The notes beneath the pieces were generated by a model, which saw only the letters and a list, made by a program, of their open reading frames with translations, did not search any database and was not told the DNA's origin. From positions 2,356,001 through 2,420,000 of the forward strand of contig NC_043008.1 of the NCBI RefSeq assembly GCF_006345805.1: a DNA stretch of 64,000 nt, given 5' to 3'. Positions 1 to 15,293 of the stretch are shown here, piece after piece. A program made the position numbers and the translations under genes. Source of the stretch: Octopus sinensis (taxonomy: Eukaryota). Position 1 is the stretch's first letter, and each line of letters begins with the position of its first letter.

Positions 1-232
1 TTTAGTCCCAAAAGCGTTCATGCTGATGTGGTTGCTATATCTAGGGGATGAAGCATCTGCTTTATGGAAAAGGGTAAAGTGGGCAGCTGTACTTAGGATG
101 GGAAGGAAGTGTCTAGAATATAAGCAGATGTCTGGAAGTCCTGCAGCAGCCACAACTGAAGAAAGTATTGATGGTCTTCACAACATGATGACGGATAACA
201 GGTGTTTGAACAATAAATTAAACAGCCAATAA
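1..232 (+). mobile_element. Degraded mariner transposase N-terminal (HTH) fragment, cut by window start
   Basis: Manual translation with a frameshift gives FSPKSVHADVVA/LGDEASALWKRVKWAAVLRMGRKCLE...SGSPAAATTEESIDGLHNMMTDNR. This fits the mariner pattern 'GD..a..tV.kW...F..Gr.s.ed..rsGrP....t.enid.v...v..drr'. Confidence 0.8.
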
Positions 233-249
233 GAACAAAAAGACAAGGA

Positions 250-562
250 CGATGACAACAACGACGACGACGACGACGACGAAGAAGAAGAAGAAGAAGA
301 GAAGAAGAAGAAGAAGGTGAGCAGCACCAATAAGACTAACACTTCGAGAGAGTATCCACAGACTCATATATGTGTGTGTGTACATATACATACATATGCA
401 TATATATGTATATATATATATGTATATATATATGTATATAAATGTTCATATATATGTGTATGTGTATACATATATATATATATATGCGTATATAAATGTA
501 CATACATATGTGTGTGTACATATATATATATATATATGTGTATATATATATACATATCTAAA

Positions 563-625
<63 letters not shown>

Positions 626-690
626 TATATATACATATATATACATGTATATCTGTATATACATACACACACTCTCACACCCATATATAT
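250..690. repeat. Compound microsatellite: (GAC)n/(GAA)n, then long (TA)n/(TG)n array
   Basis: Directly visible; source of the YIYIYI ORFs at 317-716. Confidence 0.95.
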
Positions 691-1295
691 ACCCACCGCA
701 ATCAGGCTGTGAGTAATGTGTCAGCAGCCATTTTTAAATAGGCCAATAGTAAAATACATTTTCGACAGAGGCAGGTACATCAACAAGTGTTTGTTTTTGA
801 TGTACACCTATATCACTGCTTGCGTGCGTAAGACTGCAATTTGTGCGCGTATGCGCCTTTTTCATATTGAAAAAATATCCTATTCTCAAGAAAAATATTT
901 ACTGTCATATTTCTCTGCAGACATAATTGAATCATTCATATTTAAGAGAATGTGATTTTCCCCTCTTAATGTAAGTATTGAGAATTCAAAAAAGTGAACA
1001 CAAAAAATTCATACTCGCACACACACACTCACGCATACACACACATGCATGCGCACACACTATCAGATGCAAACACAGGCGCACACATGCACGCACACGC
1101 ACATAGATATGTACACATACACGCACACCCATGTATATATGTTTATATAGAGAGACATATACATATATGTATATATGTGTCTGTGTGTGCTATATAAACA
1201 GAGAGAGAAAGAAACTCATACATGTATATGCATGCATACATATATGTAGCTTCACATATATACAAACACACATATATGTATACACACACACACAT

Positions 1296-1337
<42 letters not shown>

Positions 1338-1823
1338 TTCCTTCTCTCTTATATATATATATATATACACTTAAATGCACATAAGCATTTCATATTTGTA
1401 TACACATGTGGCTATGAGAAATTTGAGATATTTTCTGTCATTAGACTGAATGGTTTAGAAATGTAACCACTTCAAATTTGAGTTATACCAAATAAAGAAC
1501 CTATTTTCAAAAGATGATTATTGTATTTTTTTTTCTTTTTCGATATGTATTTTCTATTTCGCCTTTGATTATTTTTTCTTCACGAGAAACATACGTATAT
1601 TATTTTTAAATAAGCATCATTATATTTTCTGCCAGCGACTGCAAAACAGAGAATATTCCGTAGTAGGGACATTCAGCTTCATTTAATGGAAAATATATAC
1701 TTTTCGATTTTGTCTGCTTTGTCGTATTTTTCGTTTTTTGCTTATATTGTCGTCTCATAAAGTGAATCATTTTATAAGGAATATGATTGTTGCTACTACC
1801 GTTAATACACTAATACTATTATC

Positions 1824-2018
<195 letters not shown>

Positions 2019-2440
2019 GAGGCAAGAATAACATCAAGAAAAAAAAACTACTTTTACCAATAATGTTTACGACGATGATTTTTCGAGCAGGATTTTCATG
2101 ATGTTGGTGATGTTGTAATATTAATAGTAATGTTAAAAATAATAATTCTAAGATAAAAAAAAAAAAACATCGGAGACGAAAATAACTCTATCCAGATAAA
2201 CATATACAATGAGTTTCCAATCCTTTCTAATGTATCTTCAATTATGTTCAAGCTATTTCATATCTATGGTATTGTCTACTGTGTACGGTGAGGGAAGAGA
2301 GTTGGGACGTCATTTAAAAGCAGTTAGTTGCTGTTGCGAGCAAGGAAACCGTGACTATAAATCATTTGATGCTCCTGGTATAGTCAATATCTAATAAGAT
2401 CAATAATACAATGCTATGTAGAGCAGTGTTTTGTCTAATG

Positions 2441-2595
2441 TTGCTGTGTGTTAAGAAGCTTGCTTCTCAACCACATGGTTCCCATGCGTCACATCAGTGC
2501 CATGCGTGGCACCATGTAGTAGTGCCTTCTAAATCTTCGGCCGACGAAGGCCTTCAGTGAATCGAGTCGACGGAAGCTGAAAGAATTCCATCGTA
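2441..2595 (+). mobile_element. tRNA-derived SINE, family A (CORE-like centre), degraded, followed by (TA)n
   Basis: gctgtgtgttaagaagcttgcttctcaaccacatggttcc head; gcgtggcaccatgtagtagtgccttct resembles the CORE domain; 3' part gacggaagctgaaagaa runs into a TA array. Family recalled from octopus repeats, not searched. Confidence 0.7.
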
Positions 2596-2601
2596 TATAT
2601 A

Positions 2602-2684
<83 letters not shown>

Positions 2685-2725
2685 TTATATATACGATGGA
2701 CTTCTTATATATATATTATATATAT

Positions 2726-2772
<47 letters not shown>

Positions 2773-2849
2773 TATATACACACATATATATATATATATA
2801 TACATACATACATACATACATACATAATATATATATACACATAATATAT

Positions 2850-3490
2850 AAGCGGTGCGGAGACGAATACGTATGTGTGTCTTTATGCCTACAATACAAA
2901 AGGTTGCAATGACCCAATTTTCGTATTTCCACCTCTATATGAAGGACGTCGTGATCTAAGTCAGGGACGAGCATTAAAATATACGAGTATACCAAGATAC
3001 TGGTACTGTCATGATCTTGAGAGGGTACGATTCATTAGCGGTAGTGAGGTCCTCTATATTCAGGAATGTTGCGTTCATTTACGACCGGTCGTATCTCGAG
3101 GATTGGAAGTGTACGTTACTTCGATTTTGTGAAGGGATTATACGGATTTTATCTCGTGTAGTGCTTCCAGCTGTAGTGCCACGTTGCCGATTTGCGAGTG
3201 TGTGACGCTTCCATTTGCAATGTCATAAGGTCTTCTCTATTTAGAAGTGGAAGGGTGAAGTGAGGATGAGAGCGTGCGTTATTTTAATAATGCGACTGTT
3301 TGAGTGATTGTGATGCTACAAGCATCGGCTGGATGAAGTGGGTTTTGGAGGTTTATGAGTATACGGCACAGCTAATAGAATCCATAGTCAATGATAGTGT
3401 AAGATTATAGTGATTCTGGAAGTGTTTTTGTTATTCCCTGGCTTTCAGATTGAACATTATTCCAGTGGTAGTCATTTGCCATAGATCTGA
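2850..3490 (-). mobile_element. Possible heavily degraded Penelope-like reverse transcriptase remnant
   Basis: CpG-richer block. Minus-strand translation has PYDIANGSVTHSQIGNVAL, similar to the PLE RT motif FDxxMGSxDxAxIxxLVG. Many stops and frameshifts. Confidence 0.35.
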
Positions 3491-5126
3491 AGCTAGGTCA
3501 AAGGTGTCCTATCCAAATGCCAGATTTTGGAAAAAGATATTTGTGCAGGGAAACGTTACGTGGATATTGAAGAGTTGTTTTGTAGAAATACTGAAGCCAA
3601 AACTTACAATAAACCTGTAATAAATAACATTTGAATATTATTGCTGAAATATTAAACAGTTTATTCCTAATACTGACTTGGTACGATGACACTTCTGATT
3701 AAAGTTTGAAACGATGCAGAAAATAAAATAAAAACACAGAAGAGTCTGTGAAAAGAACTTAACCTGGGGGTGTTGAAATAACTGTTGATGCATTTCAGAC
3801 GTCTATCACTTTTCGTTTCTACTCTTTATTTATAACAATTTAGTGATGTAATCCATGTATTTATAACTGTGTTAATGTTTGTATCAATAGTTGATTTTTA
3901 GCAGTAAGACTTTTCGCTGTTATTTCGCAAGTATCCACACATAATCACGCATATGCATATCTGTGCAGGTGTGCTTATGTGTTTGTTATGTGCCTACAAA
4001 TTTGTTCTCATGAATTCTTCTGTTACTATCTAAAACATTGTATATACATATATATACCTACACACATATACATATATATACATATATGTATATACGAATT
4101 TTTGGCGTAATGAGATAAAAAAAAACAAGGATGTATAGATATGAGAGCATTTATAGATAGAAGGTCTTACAGCTCTTTCCAGGATATTAATTAATAATAA
4201 TATCCCTTCATCGGAGACGGTGTGAGAGGTAAGATTAAGTCATAATTAGTTTCGATGTGATACAAATAGAGAGTGAGGTGGAGGAAAGAAAAATAGATGT
4301 AAGATATGTATGGGTATTGAATTCGTAAATCCGTTTTATAGGCATAATTATACATATCTGTAATATTCCAATATCCTTTGAGTAAAATCCAAAATTCCAA
4401 CAGAGTTTAATATGAGTCCATCCAGATATAGAGTTCTAAGCAATGTAAGATTCTCTTAAGGTTGGTCATTTCCAGTAGGGAATTTATATAGTGTGTAGCA
4501 GATTCAAGGCTTACACACACATTTAAGTATTCCAAATGCACTTGAGTCCGTAACTCTTTAAAGATTAGAATCCATAAATGTTTGTTTTCCTATTATATTT
4601 TACATGACAAAGCCTTTATGAACATTTCGTATGTTTCTGCAAATTCAAATCGCATCTCATTAGATCGAGTCGTTGAGTACACGTTTCTATGCAGACAAAT
4701 CGAATCTGCAATATTCGAAACATATGTCATATTTACTTTCATGGGTTTTATATGTTAATGGTTATAATACATGCAGATTTCAAAGTATTAAATTACGAAT
4801 CACACTTGTAGAAATAATAAAGAGTAATTACAGTTTACAATTTTAATTAGGTTCTCTGTAGCAGTTCTATGATCGTATTACAACTACTATACTTGAAAAG
4901 GAACGAACTGGCTCACCATCCACCTGTCGTATCAAACTGAAAACATGCATTGACTGTGTTCTATTCAGTAGCTATGTTTTTGGTAATCTGTTTGTCCACT
5001 ATCACTGATTACCCCACATTTAGCTTTCAGAATATTTTCATCTAATGCACTTCTGAACCATGTGTGTATTTGTAGATGTATCTAGTGGAAAACGTATATC
5101 AATAAAACATGTTATAATGGTGTTAG

Positions 5127-5422
5127 TGGAGGTACGTGGCTTATTGGTTAGAGCAGCAGACTCGCGGTCGAGGGATCGCGGGTTCGAATCTCAGACCGGG
5201 TGATGTGTGTTTATGAGCGAAACACCTAAGATCCACGCAACTCCGGCAGGAGGTAATGACGAACTTCTGCTGACTCTTTTGCCACAACTTTCTCTCATTC
5301 TTTCCTCCTGCATCTTGAGGCTTACCTGCGACGGACTGGCATTCTGTTCAGGTGGGGAACCTATACGCCAAGGAAACCGGGAAACCGGCCCTTATGAGGC
5401 AGGCATGGCTCGAGAAGGAATG
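5127..5422 (+). mobile_element. tRNA-derived SINE, family B, full length
   Basis: Pol III A box tggcttattgg (5137-5147) and B box ggttcgaatc (5181-5190). Colinear along its length with 53690-53987. Confidence 0.9.
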
Positions 5423-6689
5423 CAATGGGATTGCTCTTTTAAAGTTTATATATAATAAACCAGGTGCTTTTAATATATTCGTGTACATTTATCCAAGTGG
5501 GTATTGCTGTGTCCTTAGAACGTATATTTCCAGCTACGAGCATCGAGGTTTTATTCCACTCTTTTGCTAGTTGCACGAGTAGTTTTGCTACTATACAGGC
5601 TGGTTGAACAATACATAGTCAATAGAATTCGTATGGCAATAATTGAGCCAATAGCCAATTTATACATGCGTAAATTGAACTCCATACGCACACACAATCC
5701 CACACATACTCACAAGCACGCACACGTATACTTATGCAATTTATATCTAAATAAAACATGCCATGTGTAATTGTACAACATAGACATGTATAAATATTTC
5801 TGTAAGTTATGGCACTTGTTTGTATCCAACATTTATTTCCCCACAGAGAGAAAAAAATATATCGCCATTATATTCATGTACTCACACCATTTTTATTCCT
5901 TGTGCAATGCATAAAACAGTGTTGTATAGCTACGTATCTGCTCTGTATTTCTCTCTTTTGTTTCACATAGACCTAAATTGTAATAGAGCAGAACAGTGCT
6001 AAACATTCATAATTTCTACATATTTCCTCGTCTTGATGCGCTGCAAATATCATTATAGCAAGAAAAATTTTTCATAGGCCATAGCTTTCTTAATAATATC
6101 TTTTCTCTACCAAACAATTTATAACAATGTGACAAAATATACGAATATTTATTTTATTGGTGATATTTAAAAGGAACCCCTAAGGTTGCTATGACATTTA
6201 TCTACGTATATCCCATTAACTATATCGTTGTCGACTGTATAGACATTTAGATACCAAGAGACAACTAACTGATATTCCAACCTTGAAATGATAATAATAA
6301 GAGCGAATTTATCTCTGAACCGTTAATTTATTTTATTTTTCCATTTGCCTAGGATCATAGTTCACATGAGTTGAGTTAACGTAAAGTATACTTTAATAGC
6401 TAATTCTCTCAGACAATATACATAGAATAAATTGTATTGCTGAACCAGCAGTAAAAAGCACTGAATATTTTATTAACTAAAGAATGTCCCACTATATTTA
6501 TTCATCATATTTACGTTCCATCCACCAGTTGTTAAAGCGTACTACTTCTGCCCGGGAAATGCAGAATACAATTATTGGATTTATTTCGACATACAACAGA
6601 AATATAAATATAATATATTTTATTGATTTAGGATAACATCATTATCAATATATATCGCTAGACAACGAAGGAACTTGTCGGGTAGAAAC

Positions 6690-6800
6690 AGCAGTCATAT
6701 ATTCATCAGAGCCGTCTTGAGGAAAAATTATATACTGAATAGTATTGGCCTGGCTTGTTATACAATATTGATCTTGAGAAACGTAATGAACATGGACAAC
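6690..6800 (+). mobile_element. Possible Gypsy-type integrase zinc-binding domain remnant
   Basis: Frame reads YIHQSRLEEKLYTE*YWPGLLYNIDL, resembling IHxxHxGxEK...YWPGMxxDI. Short and degenerate. Confidence 0.3.
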
Positions 6801-9800
6801 TCTATGCTGGATAAGCCTTTTCCTGAGATAAAACATACAAAAGCAGTAGTAAATTCATATTGATCGTTTGAGAAGCTCTTTTATAACATATTATTCATTC
6901 TGTATATTATTTTATTATCTACACAATCGATTAGGCATTTAGCTCAGTAGGAACTATTCAATTGTGTTGCATTAAATACTAAGTTTGAATGTGTTTTAAT
7001 TTAAAGTAGCTAAACCTAAAAGAGGTTAATTACATATCCAAATATTAATGCATGTAACTATTAGCTCGTGGGTTGTTCTGGTGTTAGTGGTCAGCCAAAA
7101 GCCTGTAATGGTTTGTTTCTTATTTCTAGTATTACAATTATATTTCTATAGTAATTGTAACCTAAATGAGATTGCACACATAACCACACTAGATATTTCA
7201 GTATATTTAAAACGCTTTACGAATATATTTTAAAAGGGAATTAGAAAGTTTCAGATTATGAAACTAAGGGATAATAATGATTAACTTGGACAACTTCCTT
7301 TGATTAAGTATTTCTATGTGTGTTTTGCTGTTCACATTTACATCTTGGGACGAACGATTGATTACCGAGACGAATGGTTATCATTGGAGCATGAATTGAT
7401 TTGAAAGAGATAACACGAAAACATTTCCATCTTTAGCAATTTTCAGATATTTTAATGCCAGGTTTGTTTCCCGTGGAACTTAAAATGATGTTACAAATCA
7501 CAACATAGCTGCAATTTGTGTTATACACGAAATTAATTAGAAATCCTAAAAGACAAGTTTTAGTGCAATATGACAAAAAATGTGAAAAAGAATATAAAAT
7601 GGTTAAAATATAGATTCCTTTACTTCTTTCAAAGTTCATTCATCTGCAAATTGAAAGCATTTTCCTAGTTTCGTCGGGATCAACCACACCGATCACATGT
7701 ATGTGTGTGAATCTGTGTGTGTATGCGCGTGTGTGTTTGTGTGTGTGTTATGTTTCTGTATTCTAGAAAACAGAGAGATATTTTTTTTATAGAACTTTAA
7801 GCTATAAATCATGACTAAATTTTCTGATGAGATTAGATCTATAACGTACGAGTATTGCATTGTAAGATAAAGCACTCATCAAGGGGAACAAACACGTGTC
7901 TACATGGACACCCTTCTTTGCGTCTCCTACTTCAACACATTTTTGGGCATTAGAAATAAGTATATTTATTTCCTAGATCGAGGTTTTGTTTTGTTGTTTT
8001 TCTGTAGGTGGGAAATTATTAATAGACGTATAAGAAATGCAGAAGTATTCTGCTTAGCCAGACATAGAATGCTATTATAATAGCACAAAAATATAGTTTC
8101 TTGTCCGATACGAGTACTGAAAATCGTTAAGTTTTAATGTCTCAAATATGTCATTATATCAAGTTGTGCAATATATTGAAATGAATTCTTTGTGCCTAAA
8201 TTAATATTTATATAATAAAAGCGTTGAAGATTAAGGGTTGGTGTGGTGAAGAAAAGGATTCACGTGTCAGGCTTTGTGGTCATTGACTGTTCATTACACA
8301 TTTGCTGATTCATCGGTAAAGCAGATATAGCAGTCTTCACTATGTGGAATACAGGCGAGTCTCACTGATTGAATCTTTATATGTAGAAGTCGTGAATTTT
8401 TATTATCATTCCAAATTTATTTTCTAAAGTGGAAAAACTATTTCAGGTTAGGATGTGTTTCCTTGTCTTACTGTTCAATCTTTAGTGATTATACTATTAC
8501 TATTTCGCAAAATATATTTGGTTCTTCCATACCGACAAAGTTAAATGAATCATAGTATATTATAAATGCAGTACAGCAACTCAAATGCCTTTGTGTATGT
8601 GATACAATGTCAGGAACTCGAGTATTAGTGGTACTCATAGATACTGAATGTTATTATACTCGCTCTTCTGTAAATTCAAGGCTCCTTTACAGCCGAACTA
8701 CAAATTTTAGTGTCGACACGGTTTGTAGGTACAAGATGCAACAGAATGAATGTTGACCAGCAGTAGATGGAATAATCAGGCAAATGTTACAATTGTTATA
8801 CAGCGAGCTTACCATTTTGTGTCTATATATTATTTTAAGTCTATAATTCCTTATATTCAGGGCAGAAGAGTAATGGACATCAAAAATGATTTAATGCATA
8901 TTGGAAGAGTAGAGGATAGAAATATATTTCCAACGAAGAAGATGAAGGGAAAATTCATTCACGAAAGCATATTTAATATTCATTGGCAAATGCGAAACAA
9001 TATGAACCCAATGTTATAGGGATATTTATTTTCCACTTCAATTTATTTTAGTATTGTTTGCAATGCTAATAATGGAATTCCCGGATTATCGCTTTCGCAC
9101 AATGTCTATTAATGAGTCGTTTTAGAGTGAGGGCAGATTTCTCTCAGAGGGTTGCTTTTTTTTATTCATCTGCCAGAGTATCAGTTTAGTGGGTATTTCA
9201 ACGGAGTTACAATTATTAGAGCTATTTATTGATTTTTATATAATTTTACTTTGAACATCCAGTGCAAACAGTTCGCTCATAATTCATTCATCAATAATCT
9301 AATTAATAGCTAAAACGCATAAACATTTTTATACTTTATATAATTAGAAGAATTTAATTAACTTGGGGGATGTATTCATGTGAGAAACTCAAAATCTGCC
9401 TTTCTTCTTGCTAAATGAATTGAACGGAGGTAAAATATCTGTGAAAATTTGAAGAATGAAAATAAGGGAAAGGCAAATTTTGGAAGCATTTCTCAAAAGA
9501 TCTAAGGAAATTAAACTTTGTCGGCAAGATAATTTATTAACCGCTGTAATTTGTATTTGGATCGTGAAACATTATATAATATTTGAATTTTAGAACTTAT
9601 TCATTTTATTGTTTTTTACCTATATACTTGATTTTGTTTTTTACATTTTAGCTGTTATTATTAATGGTAAGATTAATAATTAATAAATTCAGTTGTTCAT
9701 AAAATTTAGAGGATTCCTATTTTACACAGTTTGTTAATTTGTCCGCAGTTCAGATAACTATGTATGCATTTAATTATATTTTTCTGAAGCATCGTGTTTG

Positions 9801-11807
9801 CAGAAACCGCATTGTTAAACTTCTAGTTGTTTTCTCATCTTTCAACAAAGAAGCTGCTGAATTTGCTAAGTACATATACAATGTGCGGTGATTGTATTGA
9901 ACTTCAAATCACTCACCGACCTTCACTAGAAGGATAGTCCTCCTCCAATCTAACATTTTACCAAAACTTCCTATACAGCCACAGTAAAACTTTTGTTACA
10001 TTAATGCGTTTATTAAAAACATTACGGCAAATATATCGTGTGTAATATGCTGGCTTTTCGAATAAAAGCTAATAGCTACTTCTCCAATCATGCTAGATGA
10101 TTATTATCCCAAGAAAAGGCATGGAATAGCTTGATTCTCTCCAGGAATCAGATTGTATCAGATTTAGCTTTGGACTAGATTTTATTAAGAAGAATATTTG
10201 TTATACCAATGGCTATCTCATACTATTTTCATCTCAATTCATCAGCTATCCCCCCACCCCGCCTCGTGCTTCACATATTATTCATACCAGTGCCTAATTA
10301 GATTTTTATTCCAACAACAGCAGATAAACAATAGGTACAACCATCAATTTGTATTACAATATATATTTAAATATATGGTAATAATATAATTATCTATTGA
10401 TAATTATAATTATAATAATATAATTATCTATAGATAACTATAGCTATTGGCCGTGTTCCAGACATCTGTTTTCACAGTGAAACGTTACAAATATTTAAAT
10501 CTAGAGTAAAAATGTTTATAAAATATCTCGCGAACGCGTTTTAATTTTAGTTGTTTTTCATTCATGTCGTATTCTCACTTAACATCAATTCGTAGAGCAA
10601 AATAGCAGGTGGTGTTGATTTTACAATTGGTAATCTTTTATATCGTCTAATATAACATCGCATATAGAATCAGAAACTCAATAAAACCTGAACAGTTCAA
10701 CACTATCAGATACGAAATATATCGCAAGTTAGAGAATAAAGATAAGAATTAAGAGAACGTGGAAAGAAGTCGCACTTAGACATCCACAGGGTTAGGGCAG
10801 AAACAAAAGTACTTTATTACACTGCTTCATGCGATACACATTTGTTTCGTTACTCTAATTGCAAAACAATTTCAGTAAATAACTGCTGACTTCCTCTGTG
10901 GGACCTTTTGATCAAATAAACCAGATGCCGTTAAGAAGAGGATTCCGTAAAAAAAATTGGTCTCTACGATTACATTGTCCGATGTGTCGATTCTTTCAAG
11001 CTGCTGTCTTATGATAGTTTTTCACTAAAGAATTTAGATCGGTGCTGATTCGTTCCACTTTCAATTACATAAAACCTACGTTTCCAGTTCTGCAACTAAA
11101 TGATAACCTTTACACCTGCTTCTGTAAATATACGTTACTCAGAGTTGGTACTTTATATTTTGAGTGATTCTATACGGGAGGATTCTGCGATTCGCTTAGT
11201 TGCGCTGAAGAGAAACCTAAAGAAGCCTTCTCTCATCTTGGTTTGCTAATTTTTTAAATAAATATTGGGAAAAAATCGATCAAATCATACTTCATCAACT
11301 ACTAATAATTATGATATATACACACAGTAATAAATATGTACACAAATATACATTCAGGAAACACGTTTAAATAAAGAAAATTTTTTCGTCAAAAAATACA
11401 AATGACGTCTAAATATGCACGCATAACCAACTTTGACCTCTTTAGATATTTTAATTCAAGATTACATACCCGTCACTGTACATATTTCTCACCATTGATC
11501 TAGTTTTTGAATTTTTGTTTTTTGTGTACATATACATTTTCACCCCCACCCCTAGCGAAAGCTGAACAATTTCCCCCCTGCCCACAATAATAAAGATAGC
11601 CAATTACCTCCGCTTAGATTTTGCTACTTCTTGAATCATTCCCTCAAATTTCTCACACACGTGATACAAAAGAAAATACGTATTTAAGTAAATTTTAACG
11701 TCATGAATAGCGAAGGCGAACCAGTCGGCAAACACAATACAAGATATGTTAAAATTTATATTAAAACAACGTGAAACGTGTGTATTTTCTTTCTTTAATT
11801 TCTTATA

Positions 11808-11829
11808 TATATATGTGTGTGTGTGTATT

Positions 11830-11882
<53 letters not shown>

Positions 11883-11908
11883 AGATACATATATATATAT
11901 ATATGTAA

Positions 11909-11940
<32 letters not shown>

Positions 11941-11954
11941 ACACACACACACAC

Positions 11955-12016
<62 letters not shown>

Positions 12017-12494
12017 ATATATATACATGACTACATGGCTGTGTAGGTGTGTATAAATATATTTTCTCTCATAACACACCCACGCCTAATACGCGAATAA
12101 AACGCGTTTAGTTTATGAAGGAAAAGCAGGAAGGTGAACACGATATGATAAAATGTAATTCTTTTAAAGCTGCTTAGTAATACAAATGAATTAAATGGAG
12201 ACAGATATTTTGCAGAGATGAAGTTGTAAAAATGAAACTGTTGCAGATATTGGTATAAGATATGAATGAAACACAAGAATAGGACAGCTATAATGAAAAT
12301 CAAAATTTTATATATGAGTTGATATCAAGAAATGTCAGAAGTTAGTAATGTAAAACAAAATATATTACAATCACCCAACTGTGACTAATAGACTTCAGTA
12401 GACGACCCAGATGACTGCTCAGCATTCATGATTACTAATTTCAGAGTGGAAACCATTGAAATGTCCTACTATTTCTGATCATGGACGTAAATAT

Positions 12495-12547
<53 letters not shown>

Positions 12548-12675
12548 TATATATATATAAACATTTATATTTATATGTATGTATATACATACATATATAT
12601 AAACATTTATATTTATATGTATGTATATATATATATAACATTTATATTTATATGTATATATATATACATGTAAAT

Positions 12676-12722
<47 letters not shown>

Positions 12723-12811
12723 TACATATATATATATATAATATATATATATAAACATTTATATGTATATATATGTATATGCATATATGCATATGTATTT
12801 ATAGATATATG

Positions 12812-12846
<35 letters not shown>

Positions 12847-13119
12847 GTATGCTTTTGCGTATTTTTATCTCTATGTGTAAGTATGCGTACGTAATTGAAA
12901 TTGTATACATACATATGTATATATATAATATATATATATATATATATTATATATGTGTGTGTGGTGTGTGTGTGTGTGTGTTAGCGTGTTAATGTTTGTT
13001 TGTTTCTGTGCGGTATATGTTTGTAGATTTGTAGAGATACAGAGACAGTTTGTTTTAGGCAAAGGACCACAACTGAAACACACAAACTGAGAGGCACTTG
13101 CCGAAAATCACCCAGACAC

Positions 13120-13183
<64 letters not shown>

Positions 13184-13230
13184 GTGCGTGGGTGTTTGTG
13201 TGTGTGTGTTTGTGTTTCTGTGTGTGTGCG
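11808..13230. repeat. Cluster of (TA)n, (CA)n, (TG)n arrays with short unique spacers
   Basis: Arrays at about 11808-12030, 12490-12980 and 13120-13230. Confidence 0.9.
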
Positions 13231-13826
13231 TTAATGCATGTGTGTCGACGTATATTTATAGAATATGATTTTTGAAATTTCAATCGAAGTTTAATTGAAA
13301 CCAACCGAAAGAAGTTAAAACATGCTTACTTTAGAGAAAATTCCACTTGTTCTGTAGTCTTATATGCACAGTATTGCTTAATGTGAGATGCAAAATATGA
13401 GGAGAAGCGACCATAGAAAGTCAGAGAGAGAAGTTATCTTGATGCTGAATTCAAATACCCATAAACTGCTTGAAAACAACATATTTAAACAATCTACATC
13501 TTGGCGGTGCTTTTAAGGCATTGGTAATAGGAATAAGGTGAATACAAGGAGGCACATGACGTTCTTAAGACTCTCATATCTTGGCAATTTTTTTTCGAAA
13601 ATCTGTGTCGAAAATATAAGTATTAGTATTACATATATACCATTAAAGTTTATAGAAATACAAAAGACTAAAACAGGTGTATGAACAACAAACAGGTATG
13701 TTTGTTTGACACTCGGGAAAGTGAAAATTTCTTTTACGTTTCGAGCCTACGCTCATCTCCTAGTTGGCGTATTGATCTCATTTGCTTTGGTATTACATGT
13801 CGTTTACTGTTGCTGACGTCATGTAC

Positions 13827-13897
<71 letters not shown>

Positions 13898-14379
13898 GCA
13901 GGCTACTCGTCGGGCCATGAGATTCTTGTTTTAATGAAAGCCTTCATTGTCGCTAAGATATACATGTTGACATGTACCTCATTTCGTCAAGTTAGCGGGC
14001 AAATAACGTCATGACTGCCCAGAGTCAAAGTCATTAGCGCGACACTACTTTATTTAGGCGTGTACCTGATGTGCCCCAGACTGATAAATTCACGCATCAT
14101 TGTATGATGCACGGCATCCTAACATTAAAGGAGAGTCGTATGATGGGTTGTACAAAATAAAGAGTTATACCAATTATAACTTCGTTCAATTAATCGATTA
14201 TAATCTCAACTAACGCAGCAGAATTTCCTGAAGTAGATCCAAATGAAATATACAGCAGGCAGCCCAAACAGCACCCGTGCTTTACTCAACACATCAGTAC
14301 AATAACAGACGTAAACTCATTAGTCCAATATATATTATATATATATATATATTATAAACATACAGATACACACACACAC

Positions 14380-14419
<40 letters not shown>

Positions 14420-14989
14420 GTATATGTATTTATATCAAAGAAGAAAGAAGGAATAAAGTTTAACAAAAGTAAAAGAAAAAAAAAGCGAATTTACGCTTGC
14501 TTAAAGTTCACCAACATTTTAATAAAGCTAGAGCTTAATTGTTTGCGATGTTTCTGAAGAAATTCATTCCATTACGCATTTAAATATGTTAGTGGACGTC
14601 GCTTAATTAATTTAGAAGTGTAATGCAACGTAATAATATTAATTCAAAATTGTGTAACGTGTTATATCTATAAGAATGATAACGTGCGCTTTTCCACCTC
14701 TTACATACTCTCTTATTAAAGCAATTTTTTAATGCAGACCAGGATAAAAAAACTGGTATATTTGGAGAAAGGCTTACTAACACGAAGATTTAATTGATTT
14801 TTGCCAATACTAATTTTTGATTTTTTCAGATTTTTAAATTGGATAAATTAAAACAGAAATTAAAGCATAAAAATATTTTTGTCAAACATTTCATTCATTT
14901 CACTTTTTTGTTCCGCGTGTTATGCTGTCAGGTATATTAGTTCAAACGTAAACGTCTGGCATAGGTGTAGCCATTGAATGGAATAACGT

Positions 14990-15041
14990 ATATACATACA
15001 CGCATGCATACATACATATATACACACACATACATACACAA

Positions 15042-15096
<55 letters not shown>

Positions 15097-15142
15097 CACA
15101 TACATACATACATACATACATACATACAAACATACATACATG

Positions 15143-15195
<53 letters not shown>

Positions 15196-15256
15196 CACAT
15201 ACATACATACAACATACATACATACATACATACATACATACAAACATACATACATG

Positions 15257-15292
<36 letters not shown>
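14990..15292. repeat. (TACA)n/(TA)n array with internal higher-order duplication
   Basis: catacatacaaacatacatacatgcatacatatata occurs at about 15120 and 15235. Confidence 0.9.

Positions 15293-15293
<1 letters not shown>

Noticed and set aside
5127-5200. tRNA-like A/B boxes here and at 53690
   Set aside because: They continue into a shared 220-bp body and have no acceptor stem; these are SINE heads, not tRNA genes.
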